A stretch of 63,685 nucleotides of DNA from Octopus bimaculoides. Taxonomy: Eukaryota. The notes below the pieces were generated by a model. The model saw only the letters and a program-made list of their open reading frames with translations. It made no database searches and was not told where the DNA came from. Positions 1-12,464 of this stretch are shown here, in pieces. The position numbers and the translations under genes were made by a program. Position 1 is the stretch's first letter, and each line of letters opens with the position of its first letter. The stretch covers positions 42,507,906 to 42,571,590 of the forward strand of contig NC_068981.1 of the NCBI RefSeq assembly GCF_001194135.2, given 5' to 3'.

Positions 1-42
<42 letters not shown>

Positions 43-685
43 CACACACGCACACATACCAATTCTTATCGTTTGTCGAGCCAAGGATAATTTTAATAAG
101 TCAAAATTTTACATTGTATGCTATTTAATATAGCTTCACTCGCTTCGAAGTCCAAATTGATTCAACGAATCCCCCTCAGGCATTTCATTCAACGCTTTTC
201 TTCTCTCTGCACACCGAGAAATATCCATATTCTCTACTCTTTTTGTGCATGTCTACTAAATCCTTCCTTTGCTAGAGTCATTGAGGACAACAATTGTGCT
301 GATAGCGCAAAATGAGGTAGGAACACAACTATCCTCTTGTCTCAAGAAATTAACAACCTGTCTACTCGTTAGCGGTATATTGGTTTCGTGGAATTCTTGA
401 ATCTAGAGATTAGTACGCCTATTCATTCAGAATCGGTCGTAATTGCCACAAGGCATTTGTTTACTATCTCTCTGAATGGAAGATAATTCGAGTAATTGAT
501 AAATTTATATTCTATAATATTCACTACGTCTTTATTCGACGTTCTTGCCTAAATTCATGCCAAATCGCACACTACTTTCCTTCTCATGGCTGAATGTGTG
601 CTCATGTGGCTATGTGTGTATGTGATTGTGTGTATATTTGTTTCTTTGTTTTTGTATATATATATGTATATATATATGCATGTTC

Positions 686-732
<47 letters not shown>

Positions 733-894
733 TGTATGTATGTATGTGTGTATGTATGATATATAGACATAGATAAAAACACATTCATGTATATATATAT
801 GTAAAAGGACACATAGATGTATATACAGAAAGTGAGTCTTTGTTTTTTTCAGTCTCTCTAAACATATTTGAAATTAGCGTGTCTGTATATACAT

Positions 895-942
<48 letters not shown>

Positions 943-2189
943 CATATATACAGTCACATACACACACATATATACATATATATTGTAGGTATATTGTATG
1001 TGTATGCATGTGTTCATACACAAATGCCTGTACGTTTGCTTCGTGTGTGCATACGTAGTTGTGCATGGTTGTGTGTGCTCGTGTGTGCGTGTGTTTGTCT
1101 GTACTTGTGTTTGCCTGTGTGCATGTGCGTGCGCGCGTGTGTGTGTGTGTGTGAGTGCTTGTATGTGTTTTGTGCGATTTCCCGATACAAATCAAGCACC
1201 TATTGAGAAAATCTCATTATTTTAATTATGTACACACGCAAGCAAGCGCAAAATACACTCTCATATAAATATTTCTTTTTCTTTTCTTTCTATCCTTCCT
1301 CCTCTGTCACACTCTGTCTGTCTCTCTTCCTATAAACAAACACGCAATCTCGAATACAGTTCATTTGTAATCTTTTTTGTACAATAAACTCAACAGTGCA
1401 TGTTGCACAGTAAGTAAAAATGTTTGTAAATTGGTGATATATGTTCTGTTAAGATAACAATCAAAGATTTCATACTGCATTTTCAAACACTTTTTCTTTA
1501 ACGAATGAACTCGATGAGTAAGTATACTAGTCATGGCTGAAATCAAACAGTTGTTAAATGTATGAGAAATCACGTAACCTGTTCTCTTAGATGGTATTAA
1601 ATTTCGGTTAGTATGTCAGCAGATTCTTCTTCACCGATAAATATTTTGAAATATAAATAAATAAGCAATAAATAACTTGGTGATATGATGGAAATGGTTC
1701 TGCTTAGAGTATTAGTATGCAGTATTTAGTAAGTTTGTTGAAAATATTATTTTTTTTTTACTTTACATGACACCAATAATTTTAAATCTGTTATTCCCCA
1801 TGTATCCCGTGTTTATATGTTTCCCTTCAGTCGAATTTTGACACTGCACCGATTTAACCTACACGATAAAATAAACGTTCTGTTGGTAGGTTGATAGAGT
1901 CATTGAAAGGAACTGTGTTGTTTATTAAATATTCTGTTTTTTTTTTATATTCGGTGTGAACGATTTTTTCTCCAAGGCATTTTCGCTACGGGTAAGAATT
2001 AGTTTTAGCCGATTACAAATCACTATTTGCATTTATTTTTATGACAGAGGAGGTGGTGTTGACAGGGTGGGTGTAACACTACTTTATGTTGTTTCTGTTA
2101 AATAGCAGCTTTGATTTTTAGTAGTTTGGTAAATGTCCGTTGGCACAATTAGAAATAATATTCTTAACTTCTAACATTCTTATTGCATG

Positions 2190-3575
2190 TATTCTCGGCC
2201 TACCCCTTATTTTCCCTCTTTTCTCTTCTCGTTTTACAATCATGCCCAATTACAAACCTTTCCTCCTCCACCTCCACGATCGTCTAAAACAACACCTTTG
2301 CACACATCCTTTCCGCTGCTCTCAGCCTTCTATTAACCTTTCCCTACTAATTAAAAAAAAAACAAAAAAACTCGTTTCTGTAGTCACATTTCGTTTCTTG
2401 GTCGCTGCTCACGTCACCGCCTCATCCCTAAAGATTTCTGCCTCCATTTGCACCCCACCCTCCACTCTGCTACAACCATCCTACCCATAATCCGTAATAC
2501 ATCCTACCGCCTTATGCATGCCACCATTCGCTCTAATCTCTCCAAAATACAAACCATCGACCGTCTTCTCCCTCTGGCTTTTTCCATCTTCTTCTCCTCT
2601 TAGTCGCCCTCCCATGCAAACATTACGTTACATAATTCATTTAAATCATCTCTTTCATCAATTTCTCGCTCACACCAAACAACGTAAACTCCACTCACTC
2701 CTCCGTTCCATCACACCCGATGCCACTACCCCAATTCCTCCACTACCCCTCTCTCTACCTGATACGCCCCCCACATCCGGTCCCTCCATCCTCCACACAT
2801 ACCCCATCCCCTCCTTCCCCTCTTCTACATCACCCCTCCTACTTCTATCCCCTCCCTCCTAGCCTTCTCCATTCCTCCAGATCTCCCCCTCTCTGAGGCG
2901 GAGCGCTCCCTCCTCAGTAGGGGTCTGCGCTTCATACCCCTCACTCCATCCTGCCACGAATTTCGGACTCGTGCCGATATCCACAGCTTTGTGTGCCGTG
3001 TTAGGTTGTGTGCGCTTTTCCGCGACACTCCACCTGTATCTAATGAGGAGGACCGCTTCACCGACTTGAGATGCCGACCATCCCCGTGGNNNNNNNNNNN
3101 NNNNNNNNNNNNNNNNNNNNNNNNNNNNNNNNNNNNNNNNNNNNNNNNNNNNNNNNNNNNNNNNNNNNNNNNNNNNNNNNNNNNNNNNNNNNNNNNNNNN
3201 NNNNNNNNNNNNNNNNNNNNNNNNNNNNNNNNNNNNNNNNNNNNNNNCTCCCCAGCTGAATTCTCGGCCCTTCGATGTCTCCGACACCGCACTGACATCA
3301 TAAAACCAGCCGACAAGGATGGAGCCGTGGTGGTGTGGCGCGCGGACCTCTACAAGACAGAAGCTCTCCGCCAACTTCAAGACACTTCCTTCTACTGCAC
3401 TCTACCCTCTGACCCCACGCCCAGCTACCAACAGACTGTGTCCTCCACTATCCATGACCTCATCTCCTCCTCCCGTCTACCCACCACCGCCTCCAACCTC
3501 ATTATGCGCACCCCTCGCACCCCCACTATTTACTTCCTCCCCAAAATCCACAAACCTATCAACCCTCGGGACCCT
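2190..3575 (+). mobile_element. Penelope-like retroelement, N-terminal region and start of RT, 3'-truncated, spans an N-gap
   Basis: One frame reads FSIPPDLPLSEAERSLLSRGLRFIP...VCRVRLCALF and, after the gap, IIKPADKDGAVVVWRADLYKTEALRQLQDTSFY...DPT...PRTPTIYFLPKIHKP, which are typical PLE pre-RT/RT motifs. The 5' boundary is inferred from the C-rich composition. Confidence 0.9.
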
Positions 3576-4326
3576 TCGTATCATCCCACAAAAAGCACCC
3601 ACAGTTCTTCACCACATAAATAGTAGATTTCGATACTAAATGACGGCATATATTAACCTCCAATCAAAGCTAGTTTAATAGTTTTACACACCTAGGTTTC
3701 TTATATGTAATCCAGGATTAATATCCTTACACCAACATATCCGAGTTTAAATTCCACCTCCTCCACACAATAACTAAATCATATAATATTTTATTAATCT
3801 ATCTCTCCTTAATATAGCCTTCTCACCTCCTTTAATAATACCAGTTCTTTTAACTATGAACCTAATTTAGAATACAGAGGGCATAAGTGCCCATTCCACC
3901 ACAATTACCCCACCCCTAAATAGGCCTATACCTGCAACCTCAGCAATGGCTTTATTTGCACCTATCTTTACTTTCTGCACCATGTGTTAGCTTGTTTAAC
4001 TTAATTTCATTCTGGACCTAATTTTCAGTCAGCATGGGGTCTACTTCCATCTATTGCTGACCCCATTAGACTTACACATTTCAGAACGCCCCCACCCTCG
4101 TATAACAAAATTTAACAACTTAATATTAACTTCACGCTTCTTTAGATTGTATTTGATTGTACTTTGTATTGCAGTTGGCGCTTTCCTAAGAACTATTATT
4201 ATCCTTAGGCACAGTTTTGTATGCATGGAAGTGCAATTGTGGTAGCCCCCAAATGTATGCACCTAAGCAAGAGTTGATATATCGACAAGGTTAGTAATAT
4301 TAACAAAAAAAAAAATGATAATAATA

Positions 4327-4880
4327 GATGCCATGATGCAGTACCAGGCATTGGCTCTCATGGCTTCTGATCTTAACTGATTGGAAGTGTTATGTACATT
4401 TTTTTGTCTTGGTATAAAAGATGGGCTACAGCAAATATTCTGCTTAATACCACAGATTTGCTTGTCAGTTGTTTGACCTTAACCAGTTGAGCATGTCCCT
4501 TGGTGGTTGACGATATGTGCATCTCTGATCATGAGCAGAAGTAGTGGGGGAGAATCATAGGCATGTGTTGAGAGGAATTCTTTGGGGTTTGAATAATTCA
4601 CCTTTGGAAACATGGGTGTTTTGCTCAACATCCTTAAACAAACCTTATTCAGGGACTTTTTGAGCAGGATGGGCTACTCGACCTGAAGAAAATTCTAATT
4701 GGGCCCCACCTGCAAGGTCATGCGCTGTTTATCTTGATATGAGATCACCATGTCGCGCACATATGGTTGTGATGCATGTGCCTGGTGTGCCCTTATTAGA
4801 CGGGTCGTCATGATGGGTATAATGGGCTTCGTATACTTTACCTCAGTGTCAATTTGATGGCATGCACTGCTCTCTTACTC
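4327..4880. mobile_element. ~550-bp non-coding interspersed repeat inserted in an (AAT)n microsatellite
   Basis: Discrete GC-richer block flanked by ATAATAATA (left) and AATAATAATAAT (right). It resembles an abundant octopus repeat from memory; only one copy is in this window. Confidence 0.5.
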
Positions 4881-5299
4881 AATAATAATAATATTCATTA
4901 AGTATGATTGGGAAAACTGTAGTAGGAGCCTGCATCTGTAACTATAATAGTAATCAGCATAATCACATAATTAATTTGGGGATTTGTACTTATATCTATT
5001 CATAAGACCACTAGGCTGAATGTATTTAGGAATATTTATATAATTACTGGTTGTCCGTCTAGTAAGATCACTGCTTGCGTACTGTAGTTGCTATTTCAGA
5101 AGTTAGACTTTGTATTATAGTTCTCTATACGAAGGTCACTACCTCAGCCATTACCTTCCCTGAACGGTAGTCTCCCCTTAACTGTAGTTCCACTTTTCCC
5201 TGTTAACTAATTTCCTTTCTTTATCTACTAATCTCTCACTCCTATTTTATAAAGCTTTTGTCCAATTTTTTCGCTCCAACCGCCTTAACCCGCAATGCT

Positions 5300-5830
5300 C
5301 CAAATAGGACCTTCCTAGGATTTAACGACACCGAGGGTGATGTTCATTCCTTTGCATGGTGTTTGTCTGTATTATTTATAATGTCCTAGGCTTTGGGCCG
5401 CTTATAACATATATTACTTCTCCATACTTTTACTTTTTATTCACTTTCCTTATTTACATCTACCCGTATAACGGTCTTAATAGCTTATCCTTTATTTTTA
5501 AATTAAACTGACCGATTATATCGAAAGCTGGACTTTAGTCAATCCCATTACGGGCAATACGTGGTTGGTCTTTACAACAGGTCAGTAAGCAAATAATTGT
5601 AATTAATTGATGGGAATTTTATTAGGATCAACTATTAGTTAGTACTATTAAGATAATCTTAAGAACTATTATGATTACTTCTAAACGTTATGGCACTATC
5701 AATCCTTCTTTTTCTAGACCTATTTGTAGTGTATCCCGTTATGGTAAAGTAATTATTTTACTTCTTTTTATTATTATTTATACACTCTATTATACCCCAA
5801 AGAAAGATTAAGGCACAAATTAATATTTCT
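5300..5830 (-). pseudogene. Decayed APE endonuclease of a non-LTR retrotransposon
   Basis: One minus frame with stops gives FTITGYTTNRSRKRRIDSAITFRSN (cf. GY..R..RRGGGVAI), LL*RPT (cf. IYRPP) and VIRVDVN (cf. IIGGDFN), in the expected order and spacing. Confidence 0.5.
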
Positions 5831-5961
5831 AGTTTTGTTATTTACTCAATATCCTGAAGCGATACACTACAAAATGGTATGATTTAAATATATTAAGCCT
5901 TCTTTCTTCATCTCGAAGCTTTTCCTCTTTTCTTTTCTTTTCTATTCTTTATGTATTTTTC

Positions 5962-6082
5962 TTCCCTCTGATGAAGCTCCATGTTCCAGATTGGATGTGC
6001 TACAAAATATGACGAATATTATCCTCAGAATTTTCAGTAGTAACACCGTAGGACATTGGAAGCAGAAACGGCTGTTAGGGGG
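5962..6082 (+). ncRNA. Type I hammerhead ribozyme motif (PLE-type) with extended stem II
   Basis: Stem I TTCCCT/AGGGGG; CTGATGA at 5968-5974; stem II GCTCCATGTTC/GGACATTGGAAGC; GAAAC at 6065; 4-nt loop GGCT; GUU cleavage triplet. Confidence 0.7.
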
Positions 6083-6540
6083 GGATAAAGTTTTGTATTA
6101 AAAAATAATACTCGATATTAGTAATTTGTTGTTGATCAAGATTTCTCCATTTTCTGCTTAATTCAAGTTTTATTCCTGATAAAATTTTGTCTATCTTTGC
6201 CATTGCCTGTATCTTGTGAACATTATATGCTTGCATATGTATGCCTAGGGTTAACATAGGTAATTATTCCGTAGTAAAAACGGATATTTTTATCCCTTAG
6301 ACGTTTATTCCAACCTCTAACTCTACTAACTATATATATATATTTATATATATTACTACAATTGTCACACAATTGACGGAGGATGGTAGTAAGCACCAGT
6401 ATTGCTAGAAATAATAAGAGTAAAGATGACTCTTAGCCACGCGAGAGCACTTTTCTTACTAGCTTAGCACTCTCCGTCACTTTAGTAACAACTGTACTTG
6501 TTGCCTATCGGATCTAAATTACAAATAGCCACCTTAATAA

Positions 6541-6577
<37 letters not shown>

Positions 6578-6639
6578 CGGATAATAAAACGAATAGTTTA
6601 CACCTGGTAACTTACTGGTAAAGCACGGTCATTCTTACA

Positions 6640-7435
6640 GTCAACCGAAACAGTTGCCATNNNNNNNNNNNNNNNNNNNNNNNNNNNNNNNNNNNNNNNN
6701 NNNNNNNNNNNNNNNNNNNNNNNNNNNNNNNNNNNNNNNNNNNNNNNNNNNNNNNNNNNNNNNNNNNNNNNNNNNNNNNNNNNNNNNNNNNNNNNNNNNN
6801 GTTGCCATGCTTTAAACAGCTTACAAAGACGTTGTCATAAGCAAAACACAAGTTTACGAGTTGTTTCCACGCTTTAGGAATGGATACTTGTCACTTGAAA
6901 TCAACCTCGTTCAGGGTGACCGTCAACCTCCCGAACGAATGAAAACATGAAATTTCATGAACTGATCTTGGAGGACTGTCACCGAACACTAACGAACTTG
7001 TTGATATGACAGGTGTGTCCTGGAACTCCCGTCAACGAATTCTGAGCGAGGAATTGTGAATGGAAAAAGTTGCAGCAAAATTTGTGCCTTGCTTGTTCAT
7101 GGAAGATGAAAAGCAGTTACGACTGAATGCGTATTGTGAACTGAAAGAACAGTTGGAAGTTGATCTAGATCTTTTTTCGAAGGCCATCACTGGTGACAAA
7201 AGCTGGGGCTACGAAATTTGCAGATGTGGGTGAAGTGAAAAAGAAAAAAAAATAATAAACAACGGAAGCGTTAAAAGGCATCACTTTGCAAGAGTTCCAG
7301 CATTGCTTCCCGCTGTGGAAAACGCATCTGGACAGATGCATTGCTTCAAATGGAGAACACTCTGAAGGCGATAAAATTGTAAACATGTAAAACGAAGTGA
7401 TGGAAATAATATTGCAAAACTTCAGTTTCTTCTAC

Positions 7436-7441
<6 letters not shown>
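6640..7441 (+). mobile_element. Mariner transposon, internally deleted and frameshifted
   Basis: Frameshift-corrected translation gives STETVAM...KTQVYE.F.RFRNG...PRSG.PSTSRTNEN...KVAAKFVP...ITGDKSWGY fused directly to ADVGEVKK...EALKGITLQEFQHCF..WK.HLDRCIASNGE. It ends in CCTCG-TA, the mariner terminus. Confidence 0.9.
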
Positions 7442-7483
<42 letters not shown>

Positions 7484-8155
7484 TAACAACATTCGTACAT
7501 ACAAAACATACACACACACACACATGCGTACACACACAAACATACACACACACACATATGTATGTTTTGTATGTACGAATGTTATGTATGTGTTTGCTTG
7601 TGCTTACGCACGTGCGTGTAATGCTAGAGATTCTGAGCCATGTTCGATTTTCTCGGAGTATACCTCATTAATACAACTGTATGCCTCGTTGGAAGGTGAT
7701 AAAAGAAGACAGGTGGCATTATAGCTCTGTCATCATAGAACATGTTTATAAAGCTACCACACTATTCCAGTAGTAAATCAGAAAACCCCCAACTCATTCA
7801 GAATTGCCGACAGAACACTAATTCAATACTAATATATTTTAAGCAAGAGAAGTTTAACATGTCACATATGTAATATCTAACAAAGTCAAATGATTAATGG
7901 TAGAAAGATATTTTAGCCGGCTGTACAAATTTCCATCAGATGCATCCGATAATACGTAGACAAAACATTTTTTCCCTTCTCTTACTTTCTCTGCATACAA
8001 TTGCGTGTGTATGTGTGCGTGTGTGTGCTTGTGTGTGTGCTTGTGTGTGTGTGTATGTGTGTGCGTATTTGTGTGTATGTGTGTTTGTGTGTCCATGCGT
8101 GTATGTATATATCAATATGCATATGAGTAAATGTCTCCCTCTCTCTCTGTGAATA

Positions 8156-8398
8156 TATCGTGACCGACAAGATTGTCAGATGTTGTTACACATCGAAGGT
8201 CACAATGCCCTTTGCATCGTTTTAGCCGTTGAACGACGCCACCCCTCTGACTAGCCGAACAGGCCAACATTCCTCCCGAAACGGGTAATAGAGCAACGTG
8301 AAATGAAGTGTTTTGCTCAAGAACCGAACACGCCAGCCGGTCTGGGAATCGGACCCACGATCTAGCGATCGTGAGTGCAACAGCCTAGCCCCTAGGCC
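8156..8398 (-). mobile_element. tRNA-derived SINE, family A (CORE-like box)
   Basis: Minus strand has a tRNA-like A/B-box head followed by GTTCTTGAGCAAAACACTTCATTTCACGTTGCTC, shared with other copies in the window. Confidence 0.8.
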
Positions 8399-9099
8399 TT
8401 CACACTTTCGTCTTTAGAATATGAAACTGAGTAAGCTTTCGCATTGCTTCTTCTATAGTTGTCGAACTTTTGATAACTTAACCGCCTAAGTTTTATCATG
8501 ACCGTTTGTAGTCTCGTATTATTTTGTTTTATTGTAATTAAATATATGTAGGCTTTGCTAACAAAATTTTGACTATTAACTTGTATGTTAACTGCCACCT
8601 GTTAATTTTGATGTGTATAAGTTGTTTACTGGTCTATTTTGGCAATGTGTTGCGTTATGAGTATTGCTTCCATGATTAATCATCTCTTTCTTGTGAGGAA
8701 TTTTATATAATGTATAAATATTATCTACAAGCAGTTTTCTAACTTTCTCTTGTAGTTTGTTGAATAGAGTGCTGCGATTCCTCCATACTGTAAATGCATA
8801 GTGAACTCCCGAAAAAGTCTTGTATAACACGGTTAATAAACAGCGGAAGTTGTCCTGGAAATAATGACTTTCAGTTTTACAATCAAGCTTGTTGATTAAT
8901 TTGGTCATGAGCAGCTCGTTCTCGGGGTTTTACGCTTGTGATGTATTATTAATAAGGTTTTTGGTTTTGGTACCTTCGTTGGATATTACTAGTTAAGGCT
9001 TATAATCGGATGTGATGACTTTTGTATTCCTTTTTAGGAGGATTTTAATTGCATAATTTTGGTATCTGTATGTTTATACCTAAATATGGGGTCTTATTT

Positions 9100-10069
9100 G
9101 TATTATTTTGGATGTTAAATTTAAATACAAAATTATATTCCTAATCTTTCCGTAGCTACATTGTATAACATGAGTATACATATGCATTTTCATCGATCTA
9201 AATGTTCATTATTCCAGTGTTCGGGTCAACATTTTTGTCGGTAAACTATCATGTAGTTTCTAGGTGACATGCTTGTTGTAGAATGTAATTCTCATCACAT
9301 CCATAGCATGTTATGACATAAATTAAGTTTTCAGATGTGCAAGTCAAATATTTTTGTTTCAAAATTTTGTAGTTTTATGAAACAGAACTCTGAACCTTCA
9401 TAAGAATTAATACAAATTCAATAACTTCTTTAACTGTCGGGTTTGATGCAACAGTGGTGAGCAATTGGGCATTTTTACCTGTTTTTTCTCAGTGACTTTT
9501 AACTGTTTTTTGTTTTTGATTATTTTTTGGTTTTTCTAAAATTTTGCTCGTTCTTGGATCACATTCAATAGTGGAAATTTTGAATTATATTAAAAGCCTT
9601 GTGTGATGTGCTGAAATGTATGGTAAACTGCTTGCTTCTATTTTGGTTCTTCTAGTTCTTGAATTACTGATGTCAATTTTCTCTGGATGATAAAGTCTTT
9701 CTTTCAAAATATCTATTTCTTCGATTAGCAACTTCTTTCTAGTGGTTGAATTTGATATCATAGTATGTATTTTTATTTTTATTTTTTTTTTTAGCTAAAT
9801 TGAAAATAATATTGATTCTCGTGTCAGATGGCATGAATTAAAAAGTATACATTACCCTCAAGTCTGTCAGTTTATATGTTTCGGATTTCATTCTATTCGG
9901 GTTTTTATGACCAATATATATATCCAAAAGGGGAATTTATCGTTATCGTACTCCATAGTATACTAGATGTTATTGCTCGTACCATTTATAAATTTAGAAA
10001 ATCTATCCAAACCTTCTTCTCATAGAATAAACAATAATCCAGATATCGTTTGGGGGTTTACTTTCAAGT

Positions 10070-10101
<32 letters not shown>

Positions 10102-10550
10102 GACTGCAAATTTTGTTTAGATTTTCCATTTCTTTTTATCTTAAAATATATTCTTAGTAAATTTTCATAAGTCGGAATTACCAACTTTTCAGTTCTTGTT
10201 CTAAAACTTTTCACTGTATATCGCTTGGTCAAAATTGCAAAATAGGTCGTTTCGTAAAATAAATCGAACTTCTTTAATAATAAATTGTCTTTCTTTATGA
10301 ACGGTAATTCCTGAAGATACATATTAAGCTAAAGCTTATTGCTTGATTTCTGTAATCATTTGTATACAGGTTAACAATACCCAATAAACCCATTACGATT
10401 TCTTCATTTGCTGTACGTAGAATAAGCTTTAACATATACATGTCGTCCTATATGTAGCTATGCATAGGTTTCAATCATGTATAATTAAAAATTAGTCGGT
10501 GCATTTACAAGGAATTTAGGATAGTGTCCTAAATCACTACTATCAGTCGG
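9100..10550 (-). mobile_element. Decayed Penelope-like element, RT thumb to GIY-YIG endonuclease
   Basis: LTCTSENLIYVITCYGCDENYI at 9346-9280 matches the PLE GIY-YIG motif. Upstream are CINSYEGSEFCF and QELPFIKKDN...DLFYETT (RT thumb-like). Many stops and frameshifts. Confidence 0.8.
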
Positions 10551-11089
10551 GACATTATAGTACACTTTAACTGAATGCGGACAGCCAGGTATTTCACTTG
10601 TAAAGCTAAGTTTTAAAGCATAGTCAATTACGTAAATTAGTTTTAAATGTAAATATCACTATTTAGGAAATTATATTTGCCCCTCAGTTTATAAATATTT
10701 TGGCGTACAAAGCATTACCTCAGTTGTGACAGAAAATGCTTTTAAGAAAGCTAATTCTAATCAATGAATTGTGGTATTATTTAACGGAAAAGTTAACAAC
10801 CGGCTTTTAAGCTTGCCTGTTATCATAATCATATCTATTAGAAGTGAAACCGGTATGGGATAATGTATTTTGGTATGACTTGATTAATTACAATACAAAA
10901 TGAATTGAACACGCTCTTCTTTGTATTATTTTCTCCCTGCCTCTGTGTATATATATACATACATATATATGTATATATATATATGTATATATATGTGTAT
11001 ATATATATATGTATATATCTATCTAACTATATCTATGTGTATATATATATNNNNNNNNNNNNNNNNNNNNNNNNNNTAAATATACATAG

Positions 11090-11127
<38 letters not shown>

Positions 11128-11416
11128 GTCATCAGTGGATCGTCTATCCGAAAGAAAGCACACTTAAAAATAGAGCAGTAATGTATTTATTTACAAACAG
11201 TTAAATACATGTCCGGTCATCGAGTAACCAATGGTTTTGTATCGTTAAAGTGCTAGGCCTTATAGACGGCTCATCACACTCAATGGCCGATGCAAAACCC
11301 TCTTCAAATTGGATGTAGAAAACTGTTATGGTCAGTTAATATGTAAACAAAGGCTAAAACACCGTTTGATACTTGGCCGAATTATCTCCCTTAGACCAGT
11401 TTAGATGGCAAACTTT

Positions 11417-12092
11417 ATGGACTTAAGTGGCGAAAGGAGCAAAAGAGGAATCTTTGCTCCTAGGCTGTTTCTAGCCTCTGGATACCTTTTCGGCTCTAAT
11501 CGGTGAGTGGAGAATTGGCGAGTGGGGAATCCCATGCCTGTAGCAGGTAGCGCTTTAAATGGAAGCTTGGGCTATAAATGTCACTTCCAGCCTGTAATTT
11601 AGTATTCTTTCTTGCTCTGCTATGCAGAGCTTGCATCATCGCTCCTGTTAATGTACGGCCCCGGCAGCTCTATAATCCTCCATTTAGCTTTGTATGGCAT
11701 TCCATTATCCTTAAGCCGCCATACATGGCTTGTCAGGTGCATGACGTACCGTCTTTCCGCAATCTTGAAAGAGGACATGTGGTTGTACAGACGCCGCTTA
11801 AAGGCAGTTCCGGCTAACACAATATATCTTCGAACCTGATAGCAGGCTGTGTTCACATTCTTGGTGTATCTTCCGTTGGCCCTGGGCATGGGGTTGATGT
11901 TGCTGCCGCTGCTGTCACTGGGACAGTAATATTTATAGCCAATGCCTCCATTTCAAGCGTTACCTGCTACAAGTATGTGATTCCTTATTCGCTGATTCTC
12001 CACTCACTTATTAGAGCCGAAAAGTCCCCGCAGAATGGAAACAGCCTGGGACCGGAGAGTCTACTTTCGCCCCTTTCGGCACTTAAGTCTAT
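11417..12092 (-). mobile_element. Penelope GIY-YIG endonuclease fragment flanked by ~170-bp inverted arms
   Basis: RYIVLAGTAFKRRLYNHMSSFK...HLTSHVWRLKD...KWRIIE...PY, then after a frameshift CKLCIAEQERIL. Arms 11417-11586 and 11925-12092 are reverse complements. Confidence 0.9.
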
Positions 12093-12141
12093 AACATTTA
12101 ACATTTTACATAATGTCTTACGTTTAAGATGATTCCCATGC

Positions 12142-12226
12142 TTTCCCTGATGAGAAGGTTACAACTTTAATATCAAAGATCCCTATGGATCACACAGGTT
12201 GTAATCCTTTGAAACATATGAGGGAA
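12142..12226 (+). ncRNA. Type I hammerhead ribozyme motif, probably inactivated (U16.1 missing)
   Basis: Stem I TTTCC/GGGAA; CTGATGA at 12147-12153; stem II GAAGGTTACAAC/GTTGTAATCCTTT; GAAAC at 12211; palindromic loop ATAT; then GA where GTA is expected. Confidence 0.7.
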
Positions 12227-12412
12227 TAAAGTATGCAATTATAACATGCGTTTTCTCCAATCCTTAAATTCTTAAATATACTCAAATACCCAAAATTTCA
12301 AGGAGTTCCTGCCTTAAAAACAGGAACTAAACCACAGTTATTTTGTGTTCTTTGCTACATTGGTTTCTATTAACCCATTTATTCTATCAGAACAATTTTT
12401 ATTCATTAAGAT

Positions 12413-12464
<52 letters not shown>

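Noticed and set aside
594-1225. Many overlapping ORFs rich in CV/YI/HT (also at 21.6k, 29.3k, 44.2k, 45.6k, 48.2k, 56.5k)
   Set aside because: They are translations of (CA)n, (TA)n and (TATG)n microsatellites.
3600-4260. Possible NUMT (hydrophobic, ND-like peptides)
   Set aside because: Stops persist under the invertebrate mitochondrial code and there is no convincing motif match.
6653-6808. GTTGCCAT on both sides of the N-gap
   Set aside because: Overlapping contig ends: the mariner frame is continuous if the gap is collapsed, so this is an assembly artefact.
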